A stretch of 63,675 bases of DNA, the filler included, from Octopus bimaculoides (taxonomy: Eukaryota): the NCBI RefSeq assembly GCF_001194135.2. It is 5 parts of 5 records of this genome, joined end to end, with 100 filler letters (N's around TTAATTAATTAA, not from the genome) between each part and the next. Parts side by side here need not be neighbours in the genome. Positions count along the whole stretch, not along the records: positions 50,566 to 58,831 come from NC_068995.1; positions 58,932 to 61,467 come from NC_069006.1; positions 61,568 to 63,675 come from NC_068982.1; 2 more parts are not named here. One strand, written 5' to 3'. Positions 54,712-63,675 of this stretch are shown here, one piece after another (within the stretch, counting starts at the first letter, position 1; every line of letters begins with the position of its first letter). Below the pieces are notes generated by a model. That model worked only from the letters and a program-made list of their open reading frames with translations. It was not told the origin of the DNA and searched no databases. The position numbers and the translations under genes are program-made.

Positions 54712-55185
54712 ACTATTCATCCCCACTTAAACGTGGATGTTTTATTAGAACAAATTATACAGCGGTAGTTACCATGAGAGAAATACTCATATTGGCTTTT
54801 GGTGCAAAATGCACTCTTGTTTATATTGCTAGCAGGGAGAGAAATCCTCACCATCTCCAGCGCCGACATTACCAGATCACGTGATTTTGACCATCCTTGA
54901 TCTTGTCAATGATGGACGCTCGACCGCTGGAAATAGCAGCGATTCATCTCTCCGCAAACGCTATATTGAATGACAGTTGTTATCATCGACAAAACCAAGG
55001 AAAGTCGAAATCACGTGATCTAATGGTCTCAGCGCTGGAGGTGGCGTGCATTTATCTCCCCGCCTGTAATATAAACAAGAGTTCATTTTGCACCAAAAGC
55101 CAATATGAGAGATTTGTTTTCATGGCAACTACCGCAGTATATTTTATTTTAACAGAACATTCACATTTAAATCGGGATAACTATT
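54712..55185. mobile_element. Fold-back palindromic MITE, ~200 bp arms, superfamily unassigned
   Basis: 54712-54913 is the reverse complement of 54982-55185 (e.g. ctcatattggcttttggtgcaaaatg versus cattttgcaccaaaagccaatatgag). Confidence 0.8.
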
Positions 55186-55636
55186 ACCTCGCGGTATTAA
55201 TACTTCATCTGTCGTCAACAAATATATTTACTGATTCAAATGTTACAGCAGCCTATGATGCGACGGGAAAGAACTGTAAGCGTTTCAGCAATGGCCGCAT
55301 TCAAACGGGCCAGACATCCTGGATTTGCTGGAAGCAGCCGTCGAAGTGCCAGCAATGAAACACGGAGAGACTCTCTCGCGAAGTCTGCCGTCGGTCTCAT
55401 CGAAGCGACTTTCGGTGGTGGCAACGGCGAAAGATTGTGTGATCCTTCATCTATAACATATTCAGTCAAGAAAAAATAGAAATTTTTCGGTTGTCATTAG
55501 CATGCCAAGTTTTCAGCCACTGCTCTCGCACATTAATTAAGCAACGCCCTGTGGAAACTTTGTACTAGTCAGTCGCAGCGGGGAGGCTTAAAAGCTACCC
55601 TAGTATTTGCGGATAATTTAAGTCAAACGAAAAAAG

Positions 55637-56862
55637 CCTTTATTTGAGTTTAAAATATTAAAAGTTAACATTTAAGACGAATCTGACAATCTTGTGTCTC
55701 TATATTTACTATGTTATAATGACTTCATAGAGCACTGCATTTTTAAGAGACCTTCAGTTGTCAGTTCCGGCTGATAGGAGTGGCGAGACAGCGGCTCAAA
55801 CGGTAAACGAAGCGTGCTTGAGAGTTACGAGTAAGCAGTTTGGCAGTGGGCTGCCGTTTAAGCGCGTGTACGAGATCTACTGCCGATCATATTGAAGCAA
55901 TCTGACTGCAGCAGAGATGGCGGCGGTGAAATAGATGATGATCTCTCCTCTACAATTTATTCAGTCAGAGTCAGGAAAACCCCGAGACGGTAACCATTAG
56001 CCTGTCAATTTTTCAATCGCCACCGTTGTGACGCTTTGATAATACATCAATAGATATCGCCCGAAGGGGAAACGAATATGGACGCTTTGTCTGTCGCTGC
56101 ACCGATAGCTGTAGGAGATGGCAGAGAGAAATTGGAGGGCGGAAACAAGCAGCAAACAAAAGAAGTGACGGACGAAGTCAAACTTCTTGGCGATATTCTG
56201 GATTAGTCGAGGCCCTTATGAACCGGCAGAAGAAGGCAAACGAAGACAAACAGATCTGGTGCATGCCGGAAAATCTATGACCTGGCGTCTCATCTCACAT
56301 ACAGCATTTTTGTCCTATTTCGCACTGCGAATTTTCAAATGAATTAATGGTAACTCGGGCCTGTGGGTGGAGTTTCGGAATATCTATCACAACTTCATGG
56401 AAAAGGAAAAAGGACAGAATTGAAAGGGCAAAAATGTTTTAAAATTTTTAAGGAAAAATTCTCTCAGACTCGTAATTTCCGTTGTGTGAAACAAAGAAAT
56501 ACTAAAAGGTAAAGGAAGGAAAAATATGCAATTCGTTAGTGGTAGCTTTTCCCAACGTCACAATGACAATTGATTGACTTGTTTGATAATTTTAAAACAG
56601 TATTAGCTTTCAATTAAACTTACTTTCGAATCTTTTTATGACTTTATATCACAATGTATTAAATTATATCGTGTAAGGTTATCCTGCCCTAAAATAGAGC
56701 TTGGTTGACTAGACAGCAAGTGTGGATTTCTCAATGATTTAGTAATATTGTTCACCTTTATTTGTGTATAAAATAATAAAAGTTAACATTTTAAGACGAA
56801 TCTGACAATCTTGTGTCTCTATGTTCACTATGTTACAATGACTTCATAGAGCACTGTATTTT
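55637..56862. repeat. Pair of ~108 bp direct repeats (55637-55744 and 56755-56862)
   Basis: Both read cctttatttg..aaaagttaacatt(t)taagacgaatctgacaatcttgtgtctctat..actatgtta.aatgacttcatagagcactg.atttt. Confidence 0.9.
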
Positions 56863-56951
56863 ACAGTGCTACTGCTGCTTATATAGATAGGACATGCGCT
56901 TTTGATAACACTTTTGGTCATGCGACACTCTACAAATACTTATTATTATTC

Positions 56952-57165
56952 TCGGCGAACAGACAGAATTTGTAGCAGACGGACAAAATGTCTAGAAGAA
57001 CTTCATCCATCTTTACGGTCTGAGTTCAATTCCACCGAGGTCGATTTCACTTTTCATCCTTTCCGGGTCGATAAAATAAGCACCAGTCAAATACTGAGAT
57101 CGATGTAATTGACTGGTCCCACTCCCTAAAACTTCAGGCCTTGTGCCTGTAGTAGAAAGAATTAT
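56952..57165 (+). mobile_element. SINE family A (tail type 1)
   Basis: Contains ggtctgagttcaattccaccgaggtcgatttcacttttcatcctttccgggtcgataaaataagcaccag..aggccttgtgcctgtagtagaaag. Confidence 0.85.
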
Positions 57166-57827
57166 TAATGTCACGCGGGAAATATATATTACTTGTGTTT
57201 TCTGAATTGCAAAATGAGAATCGATACCAATAGACTTCTATGGATTTTTAGCATTGTTACTATGGACGTTGAAAAATGTTTAAACGCGTTATTGTAACCT
57301 TGTAAGGGAAATAACTCTGTTTGCATGATTGTAGAGTTATTGCCCTTAGACTGTCAACTTCGATTTCTAACTTTTTTTTTTCCTGCTGCGAGATTATAAA
57401 CTGCCTTTGGAATATCTTTTTTTCTTACAGACGAGCAAAAGATGCCATTCCGGTCGATTTTCACCTGGTTTTATATACACACACACACACACATGTATAT
57501 ATATGCCATTTTTTGTTTGCATAGGACTATCCAATGTTTCCTCTCTGAATTTAAGATGTTATGGTGTGAGGTGAAAATTTGGCTGCATCTTCTAGCAACA
57601 TGAATGACTTTCGAAAGCCTTCCCTTGTTGGATCCAAGTAAGCTTTGTTCTTGTTTAGCTGCTGATCGGCCCTAATCAAACGGATTTATGATAAAAGATG
57701 TCCCAGTAGCCATCGTCGAACACTTTTGTAATCCAGGAACTGCACTATCCAACAGGTTATGATTTAAGGGGGACAAATATCGGTACTTAACGATCCAGCT
57801 AAAATACAACCCGATGCTGATAAGTGG

Positions 57828-57912
57828 CTTCAGTCCCACTGCATGGCATCGAGCCGATCAAAGTCTTGTGAGTGGATTTCGAGACGGAAACTGAAAGAAG
57901 CTCGCCGTGTGT

Positions 57913-57965
<53 letters not shown>

Positions 57966-58207
57966 AAAATGTGTGTGTGTGTGTATTTGTCTGTTTGTCT
58001 GTCTTTGTGTCTGTCTTCGTCTGCCACCACCGCTTGGCAACTGATACTGGTGGGTTTATGTCTCGCTAACTTCGCGATTCGGCAAAAGACACGATAGAAT
58101 AAGTACCAGGCTTGAAAGATAAGTGCTGAGTCGATTCGTTCTACTAAAAAGTTCTCCAAGACGGTACTCCAGCATGGCCGCAGTCTAATGACTAAAACAA
58201 GTAAAAA
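57828..58207 (+). mobile_element. SINE family C with internal (CA)n/(GT)n; a partial inverted copy follows at 58215-58345
   Basis: Family C core and tail. Confidence 0.8.
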
Positions 58208-58421
58208 ATAACTGATATATATATATATCTTGTATCTTCTACTTATCAAATGTATCAACCTCCTGGTACTTATTGTATGATTCTGTTTTGCCGAAACGCT
58301 AATTGACCGGGATGTAAATACATCAGCACCGGTTGTCAAGCGCGATATGAGGGTGGAAATACACACACACACACATACATATGGATTTCGGGATGGTCAT
58401 TATTTTCCTTGCGTATATATA

Positions 58422-58707
58422 CGAGGGGAAGTCAAAAATTATCCGCACTTTCGCCATAACTTATCTTTATTATTGACACACTGCCTTCTGCTCAAGCGTG
58501 CTTATAGTTGGTACTATTGCGGTCAGATTGCTAGTGGAGCGGCCATGCTTACAATGTAAAAGCCAGAAAGAAAATATAGCGCGATCAGGTTCAAACTTCG
58601 ATCACGTGACCACAATAGTACCAACTATAAACATGCATGTGCAGAAGGCAGTGTGACAATAAAGATACGTTATGGCGAAAGTGCGGATATTTTTTGACCT
58701 TCCCTCC
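58422..58707. mobile_element. Mariner-derived MITE with ~105 bp inverted arms
   Basis: TA|cgaggggaagtcaaaaattatccgcactttcgccataac ... gttatggcgaaagtgcggatattttttgaccttccctcc|TA. Confidence 0.85.
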
Positions 58708-58739
58708 TACATACATACATACATACATACATACAAATG

Positions 58740-58808
<69 letters not shown>

Positions 58809-58931
58809 ATATATACATATACATATATATANNNNNNNNNNNNNNNNNNNNNNNNNNNNNNNNNNNNNNNNNNNNTTAATTAATTAANNNNNNNNNNNNN
58901 NNNNNNNNNNNNNNNNNNNNNNNNNNNNNNN

Positions 58932-59225
58932 GGATGAGCACTCCACAGACACGTGTACCCTTAACGTAGTTCTCGGGGATATTCAGCGTGACACAGAGTG
59001 ACAAGGCTGACCCTTTGAATTACAGGCACAACAGAAACAGGAAGAAAGAGTGAGAGAAAGTTGTGGTGAAAGAGTACAGCAGGGTTCGCCACCATCCCCT
59101 GCCGGAGCCTCGTGGAGCTTTAGGTGTTTTCGCTCAATAAACACTCACAACGTCCGGTCTGGGAATCGAAACCGCGATCCTATGACCACGAGTCCCCTGC
59201 CCTAACCACTGGGCCATTGCGCCTC
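58932..59225 (-). mobile_element. SINE family B (3' end lost in gap)
   Basis: Near-identical to 27740-28026. Confidence 0.9.
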
Positions 59226-59229
59226 CTCC

Positions 59230-59740
59230 GAACACCCTGTATTAACCATATACTCTCTACTGCTTTTACCGCTCCAATATTGATGGCATCTATACTAGAG
59301 GTTTTGTCGTGTTTCATTATATTATTTCCTTTAATATGCCTCCTTTTATTATTCGTCAATGAGTGCCTGCATCAACTAGAACATCCAGGATTTCACATAG
59401 TCTCTGCGTTATGTGGGAATTTGTTGATAAGGTGTAATTGAAAACGTTCTTTTCATCCTTGAAACTCCTCAGCTATATTTCTATTCCTTTTAACGCTTTT
59501 ATCTTTTATTACACTCCATATTTTTCTCTTCTTTCCTGCCATTTCACGGACTGACTTGAAACGTTTTTGATTATTGTTGTTCCAGTATTTAGCTTATAAT
59601 TGTTCAATTTTCTCTTTACCTTCTTAAACGTTTCTCTTTTGACTGCCGCTGCTTTTATTGCTTTCTGCAGTTCCTTGTATCGTTCGACTTTGGTGGACCA
59701 TTTATGTACTCAGACATTTTTGTTTATGACTTTTCGCCTT
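59230..59740 (-). mobile_element. Probable RTE-like LINE fragment (EN-RT linker), decayed
   Basis: The minus strand reads IMKHDKTSSIDAINIGAVKA, loosely like MK..KA.G.D.I..E..KA. Weak. Confidence 0.35.
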
Positions 59741-59805
59741 TGTTCACGAAATGTCTCTATTTCTGATGCTGTATAAGTGTGTGAGAGATGAGCGTGTATG
59801 TGTGT

Positions 59806-60034
59806 TATTTCTTTACTACCCACAAGGGGCTACACAGAGGGGACAAACAAGGACAGACAAACGGATTAAGTCGATTATATCGACCCCAGTGCGTAACTGG
59901 TACTTATTTAATCGACCCCGAAAGGATGAAAGGCAAAGTCGACCTCGGCGGAATTTGAACTCGGAACGTAGCGGCAGACGAAATACCGCTAAGCATTTCG
60001 CCCGGTGTGCTAACGTTTCTGCCAGCTCGCCACC
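59806..60034 (-). mobile_element. SINE family A, full length (tail type 2)
   Basis: Cleanest copy: head ggtggcgagctggcagaaacgttagcac..gagttcaaattcc; central gcctttcatcctttcggggtcgattaaataagtaccag, which resembles the Meta-type SINE central domain (from memory, unverified). Confidence 0.92.
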
Positions 60035-60753
60035 TTATGATGCTGTATGTGTGTGTGTGTGNNNNNNNNNNNNNNNNNNNNNNNNNNNNNNNNNNNNNNN
60101 NNNNNNNNNNNNNNNNNNNNNNNNNNNNNNNNNNNNNNNNNNNNNNNNNNNNNNNNNNNNNNNNNNNNNNNNNNNNNNNNNNNNNNNNNNNNNNNNNNNN
60201 NNNNNNNNNNNNNNNNNNNNNNNNNNNNNNNNNNNNNNNNNNNNNNNNNNNNNNNNNNNNNNNNNNNNNNNNNNNNNNNNNNNNNNNNNNNNNNNNNNNN
60301 NNNNNNNNNNNNNNNNNNNNNNNNNNNNNNNNNNNNNNNNNNNNNNNNNNNNNNNNNNNNNNNNNNNNNNNNNNNNNNNNNNNNNNNNNNNNNNNNNNNN
60401 NNNNNNNNNNNNNNNNNNNNNNNNNNNNNNNNNNNNNNNNNNNNNNNNNNNNNNNNNNNNNNNNNNNNNNNNNNNNNNNNNNNNNNNNNNNNNNNNNNNN
60501 NNNNNNNNNNNNNNNNNNNNNNNNNNNNNNNNNNNNNNNNNNNNNNNNNNNNNNNNNNNNNNNNNNNNNNNNNNNNNNNNNNNNNNNNNNNNNNNNNNNN
60601 NNNNNNNNNNNNNNNNNNNNNNNNNNNNNNNNNNNNNNNNNNNNNNNNNNNNNNNNNNNNNNNNNNNNNNNNNNNNNNNNNNNNNNNNNNNNNNNNNNNN
60701 NNNNNNNNNNNNNNNNNNNNNAAAAAAAAAAAAAATTTAGAAAGTTTAAAGTG

Positions 60754-61010
60754 GTTGGCATTTGGAAGGGCATCCAGCTGTAAAAACCATACCAAAACTG
60801 ATCTCCCCTGTGCTGGTGCCACGTAAAAAGCACTGAGTCCACTCTGCAGAGTGGTTGGTGTTAGGAAGGGCATCTAGCCGCAAAAGCTTTGCCAAGACAG
60901 ACAAACAGACACAGTAGCCTGGAGTAGTCTTTACCTGGCCGGTTCCTCTCAACAGACCTACCCATCCATGCATGGAAGACGGACATTAAACGACGACGAC
61001 GATGATGATG
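60754..61010 (+). mobile_element. SINE 3' part with two V-domain-like motifs and (GAC/GAT)n tail
   Basis: ggaagggcatccagctgtaaaa and ggaagggcatctagccgcaaaa resemble the V-SINE motif AGGAAGGGCATCCGGCGTAAAA. Tail catgcatggaagacggacattaaacgacgacgacgatgatgat. Confidence 0.6.
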
Positions 61011-61567
61011 ATATCTATGTGTGTGTCTTTGTGTCTGTTTATCACTCTATCACCGCTTGACGACCGGTGTTGATGTGTTTACGTCCTGCAACTGGTACTT
61101 AATTTATCTACCCCGAAAGGTTGAAAGGCAAAGTCGACCTCGGCGGAATTTGAACTCAGAACATGGCGGCAGACGATTCTGCCAGTGATATTTGTTTGTT
61201 ATAACAAAAACAATTTTCATTAAATTCAGGGATTTTTGGTAGAATAAAAATGTATTTTTTGACAAGAATAATTTTGGCAGTCACTGTCAACAATATTCTT
61301 GCTAAAGAACAATAAATACATATGTCAAATAGCAAACTAAAAATCTATCATAACACTTTTAATATTTAGAGAGAAGGAAAGAGAAAGAAAGAAAGAAACA
61401 GAGAGACAGAGAGAACAGAGAGAGTGACAGAGTGAGGGAAAGTTGTGTATAATAATAATACGAAAATNNNNNNNNNNNNNNNNNNNNNNNNNNNNNNNNN
61501 NNNNNNNNNNNTTAATTAATTAANNNNNNNNNNNNNNNNNNNNNNNNNNNNNNNNNNNNNNNNNNNN

Positions 61568-61790
61568 CATTAAATGTATTTGTCATTTTTCCTTTGATAA
61601 AGGTAGCTTTTGCACATTTATCAAGGCCAAATTGCATCCCGATGTCATCACTGAATTGTTTAACAATCGCTAGTAGGCCTTTGAGCTGTTGGTCATTTTT
61701 TGCAAAGAGCTTTAAATCATCCATGTAAATGAGATGATTTATATGTTTATCAAATATTTTATAACCATACTGTGCATCATTGAGCAATTT
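61568..61790 (-). mobile_element. R4/Dong RT core fragment with uninterrupted frame
   Basis: GYKIFDKHINHLIYMDDLKLFAKNDQQLKGLLAIVKQFSDDIGMQFGLDKCAKATFIKGK, with the YMDD catalytic motif intact. Confidence 0.92.
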
Positions 61791-61827
61791 TGAGAGCGGT
61801 ATTAGGGCTAGACATTAGGGCTAGGGC

Positions 61828-61892
<65 letters not shown>

Positions 61893-61906
61893 TTCTTCTT
61901 CTTCTT

Positions 61907-61936
<30 letters not shown>
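61828..61936. repeat. (TAT)n(TCT)n microsatellite
   Basis: Direct reading. Confidence 0.95.
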
Positions 61937-61937
<1 letters not shown>

Positions 61938-62004
61938 TTCAGGTCACTGCCTGGAATCGAACTCGGAATCTTGGAGTTGGTAGCCCGCGCTTTTAACCGC
62001 TGCG
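61932..62004 (-). mobile_element. Inverted tRNA-like head of SINE family E
   Basis: Reverse complement of 62007-62079. Confidence 0.85.
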
Positions 62005-62240
62005 GGCGTAGTGGTTAAGAGCGCGGGCTACTAACCCTAAGATTCCGAGTTCGATTCCAGACAGTAACCTGAATAATAATAATAGCAACATCGAAAAATA
62101 CCTTAGGAATGAGAACACAGGTTCGAAATTTTCCCAAGACACCTGATGAAGGCTGGGGGGTATATCAGCCGAAACGTTGTGTTAACAACAAACAAGATGA
62201 GGACAAATATCTGTCAAATGTAAATAATGTAAATAATGTA
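62005..62240 (+). mobile_element. tRNA-headed SINE family E with a hammerhead in its 3' part
   Basis: A-box remnant ggcgtagtgg, anticodon-like arm GGG-CTACTAA-CCC, B-box gagttcgattcc, hammerhead motif, and (ATGTAAATA)n tail. Confidence 0.8.
62138..62183 (+). ncRNA. Minimal type I hammerhead ribozyme motif
   Basis: Stem I GACAC/GTGTT; core CTGATGA; extra A; stem II GGCTG-ggggtatat-type loop-CAGCC; GAAA; loopless palindromic stem III (AACGTT); GTT cleavage triplet at 62176-62178. Confidence 0.85.
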
Positions 62241-62254
62241 AAGCATTTGTGTTT

Positions 62255-62620
62255 TATCTTTTACTTGTTTCAGTCAACTGCGGCCATGCTGGGGCACCGC
62301 CTTCAAGAACTTTTAGTCAAATGAATCGAGCCCTAGCGCTCATTTTTTAAAGCCTGGTACTTATTCTATGTATACCTTTTGCCGAACTGTTAAGTTATGG
62401 GGACGTAAACACTTCAACACCGGTAGTCAAGCAGAGCTGGAGAACACACACACGAAGGGATTCTTTCAGTTTCCGTCTATTAAATTTACTCACAACGCCT
62501 TGGTCAGCCCGAGGCTATAGTAGAAGACACATGTCCAGGGTACCACGTAGTGGGACTGAACCCGGAATAATGTGGTTGGGAAGCAAACTTCTTACCACAT
62601 AGCCACGCATGCACCTGGTA
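62255..62620 (-). mobile_element. SINE family C with a short internal spacer
   Basis: Family C tail, core and head on the minus strand. Confidence 0.85.
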
Positions 62621-63344
62621 TTTCCGTCTCCACTTATTAATTTTAGAACCGATTTTTTTTGTGCTCCTGCATGGCCTCAGTTTCAGGTGACCGAAACAAG
62701 TAAGAAGTGAAAGCAAAAGTAATAATGCACAATGTCACAGGTTTTTGACAGTGAGAACAATAGTTGATTAGCAGCCCTTAACTGCTAATTATTTTATCGA
62801 CCTTCTCCTCTCCCAAGGGCTTAAATAAGCAACTGCCATTTATAGTCAATACAATCAACTTTATCCTTCCCCCGGCATTATTGTAAACTATATGTTTTCT
62901 AATCAACGCAGCGTTTATTTTGATGAATAATTACTGCTTAAGAAATGCCAACAGCTGCACTCCAAGAAATTCGTATAATAAATCGAGGGCTTTAGGTTAG
63001 CGCCTAAGAAATTAATTATCTGGCTTTGCTGTGTTATCAATACTATTTCTGACACATTAATTTCACAAGATTTATAAATGAATTTGATCTCCAGCTGCCT
63101 ACCGACTCATATTTCGCCTGATGCGCTCTTAAATCATAAGTAATTAGGATGTAGCTTTTAGAAGCTGAAAAAAAAATTTAATAAAACAAAATAAAACGAA
63201 AATCATTTGATATTTCTTGTTGTATTAATATCAGATTGCCTGTTTGGTTTTTGCTTTCAAAACTAACAGAAAAATGATAAACATGTTGATACGAAGAAAC
63301 GTTCAGATGGTCTTGGAAAGGAAGCATATTTATTTCATGAACAG

Positions 63345-63600
63345 ACGCAGGCACGACTGTGTGGTAAGAAGTTTGATTGCGAACCCCATGGTTCCGGGTT
63401 CAGTTCTACAGCGTGGCACAATAGGCAGATGTCTTCTACTATAGCCTCGAGCCGACCAAAGCCTTGTGAGCGGATTTGGTGGATGGAAACTGAAAGAAGC
63501 TTATCGTATGTATAATTATTGGGGTAGCTTTATTCAATTAAACTTTTAAAGGCAGTGCCTCAGCATGGCTGCAGTCCAACGAATGAAAGAAGATAAAAGA
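63345..63600 (+). mobile_element. SINE family C, internally deleted
   Basis: Contains gcaggcacgactgtgtggtaagaagtttg..ttctactatagcctcgagccgaccaaagccttgtgag..cagcatggctgcagtc. Confidence 0.85.
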
Positions 63601-63632
63601 TAATATATATAATATATTGATATATATATATA

Positions 63633-63675
<43 letters not shown>

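Noticed and set aside
62007-62070. Possible tRNA-Ser gene (ACT in the anticodon-like loop)
   Set aside because: Truncated 5' end, no acceptor stem and no long variable arm, and it continues into a SINE body. It is a SINE head; the same applies to the heads of families A-C.

Overview
AT-rich, gap-ridden animal genomic DNA. It is most likely an octopus scaffold, inferred from the SINE repertoire and microsatellite density. There is no prokaryotic content, CRISPR array, rRNA or confidently identifiable host gene. Nearly all ORF-track entries are microsatellite or N-gap artefacts. The window is a mosaic of decayed retroelements: L1/Tx1, R4/Dong with a restriction-like endonuclease, CR1, Penelope-like RT and GIY-YIG pieces, and a Gypsy gag-pro remnant. 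It also holds at least five tRNA-derived SINE families, two internally deleted mariners, several fold-back MITEs and many microsatellites. The most notable signal is a set of minimal type I hammerhead ribozyme motifs with palindromic stem III. Two lie in one dispersed non-coding repeat family (3691-3737 and 42197-42245), a decayed one follows a Penelope GIY-YIG ORF (~43970), and a well-formed one sits in the 3' part of a tRNA-headed SINE (62138-62183). That SINE also carries a head-to-head inverted copy of its own tRNA head, which suggests a Pol III, ribozyme-bearing non-autonomous parasite of Penelope-like elements. Other observations are a SINE sharing its 3' tail with the local Tx1 LINE, Dong copies sitting in (TAA)n arrays, an inverted SINE pair that could be an ADAR substrate, and a few low-confidence exon candidates in TE-poor blocks (~13.9, 18.2-18.7 and 55.2-56.9 kb). 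All assignments come from reading motifs by eye; no search or folding program was run.
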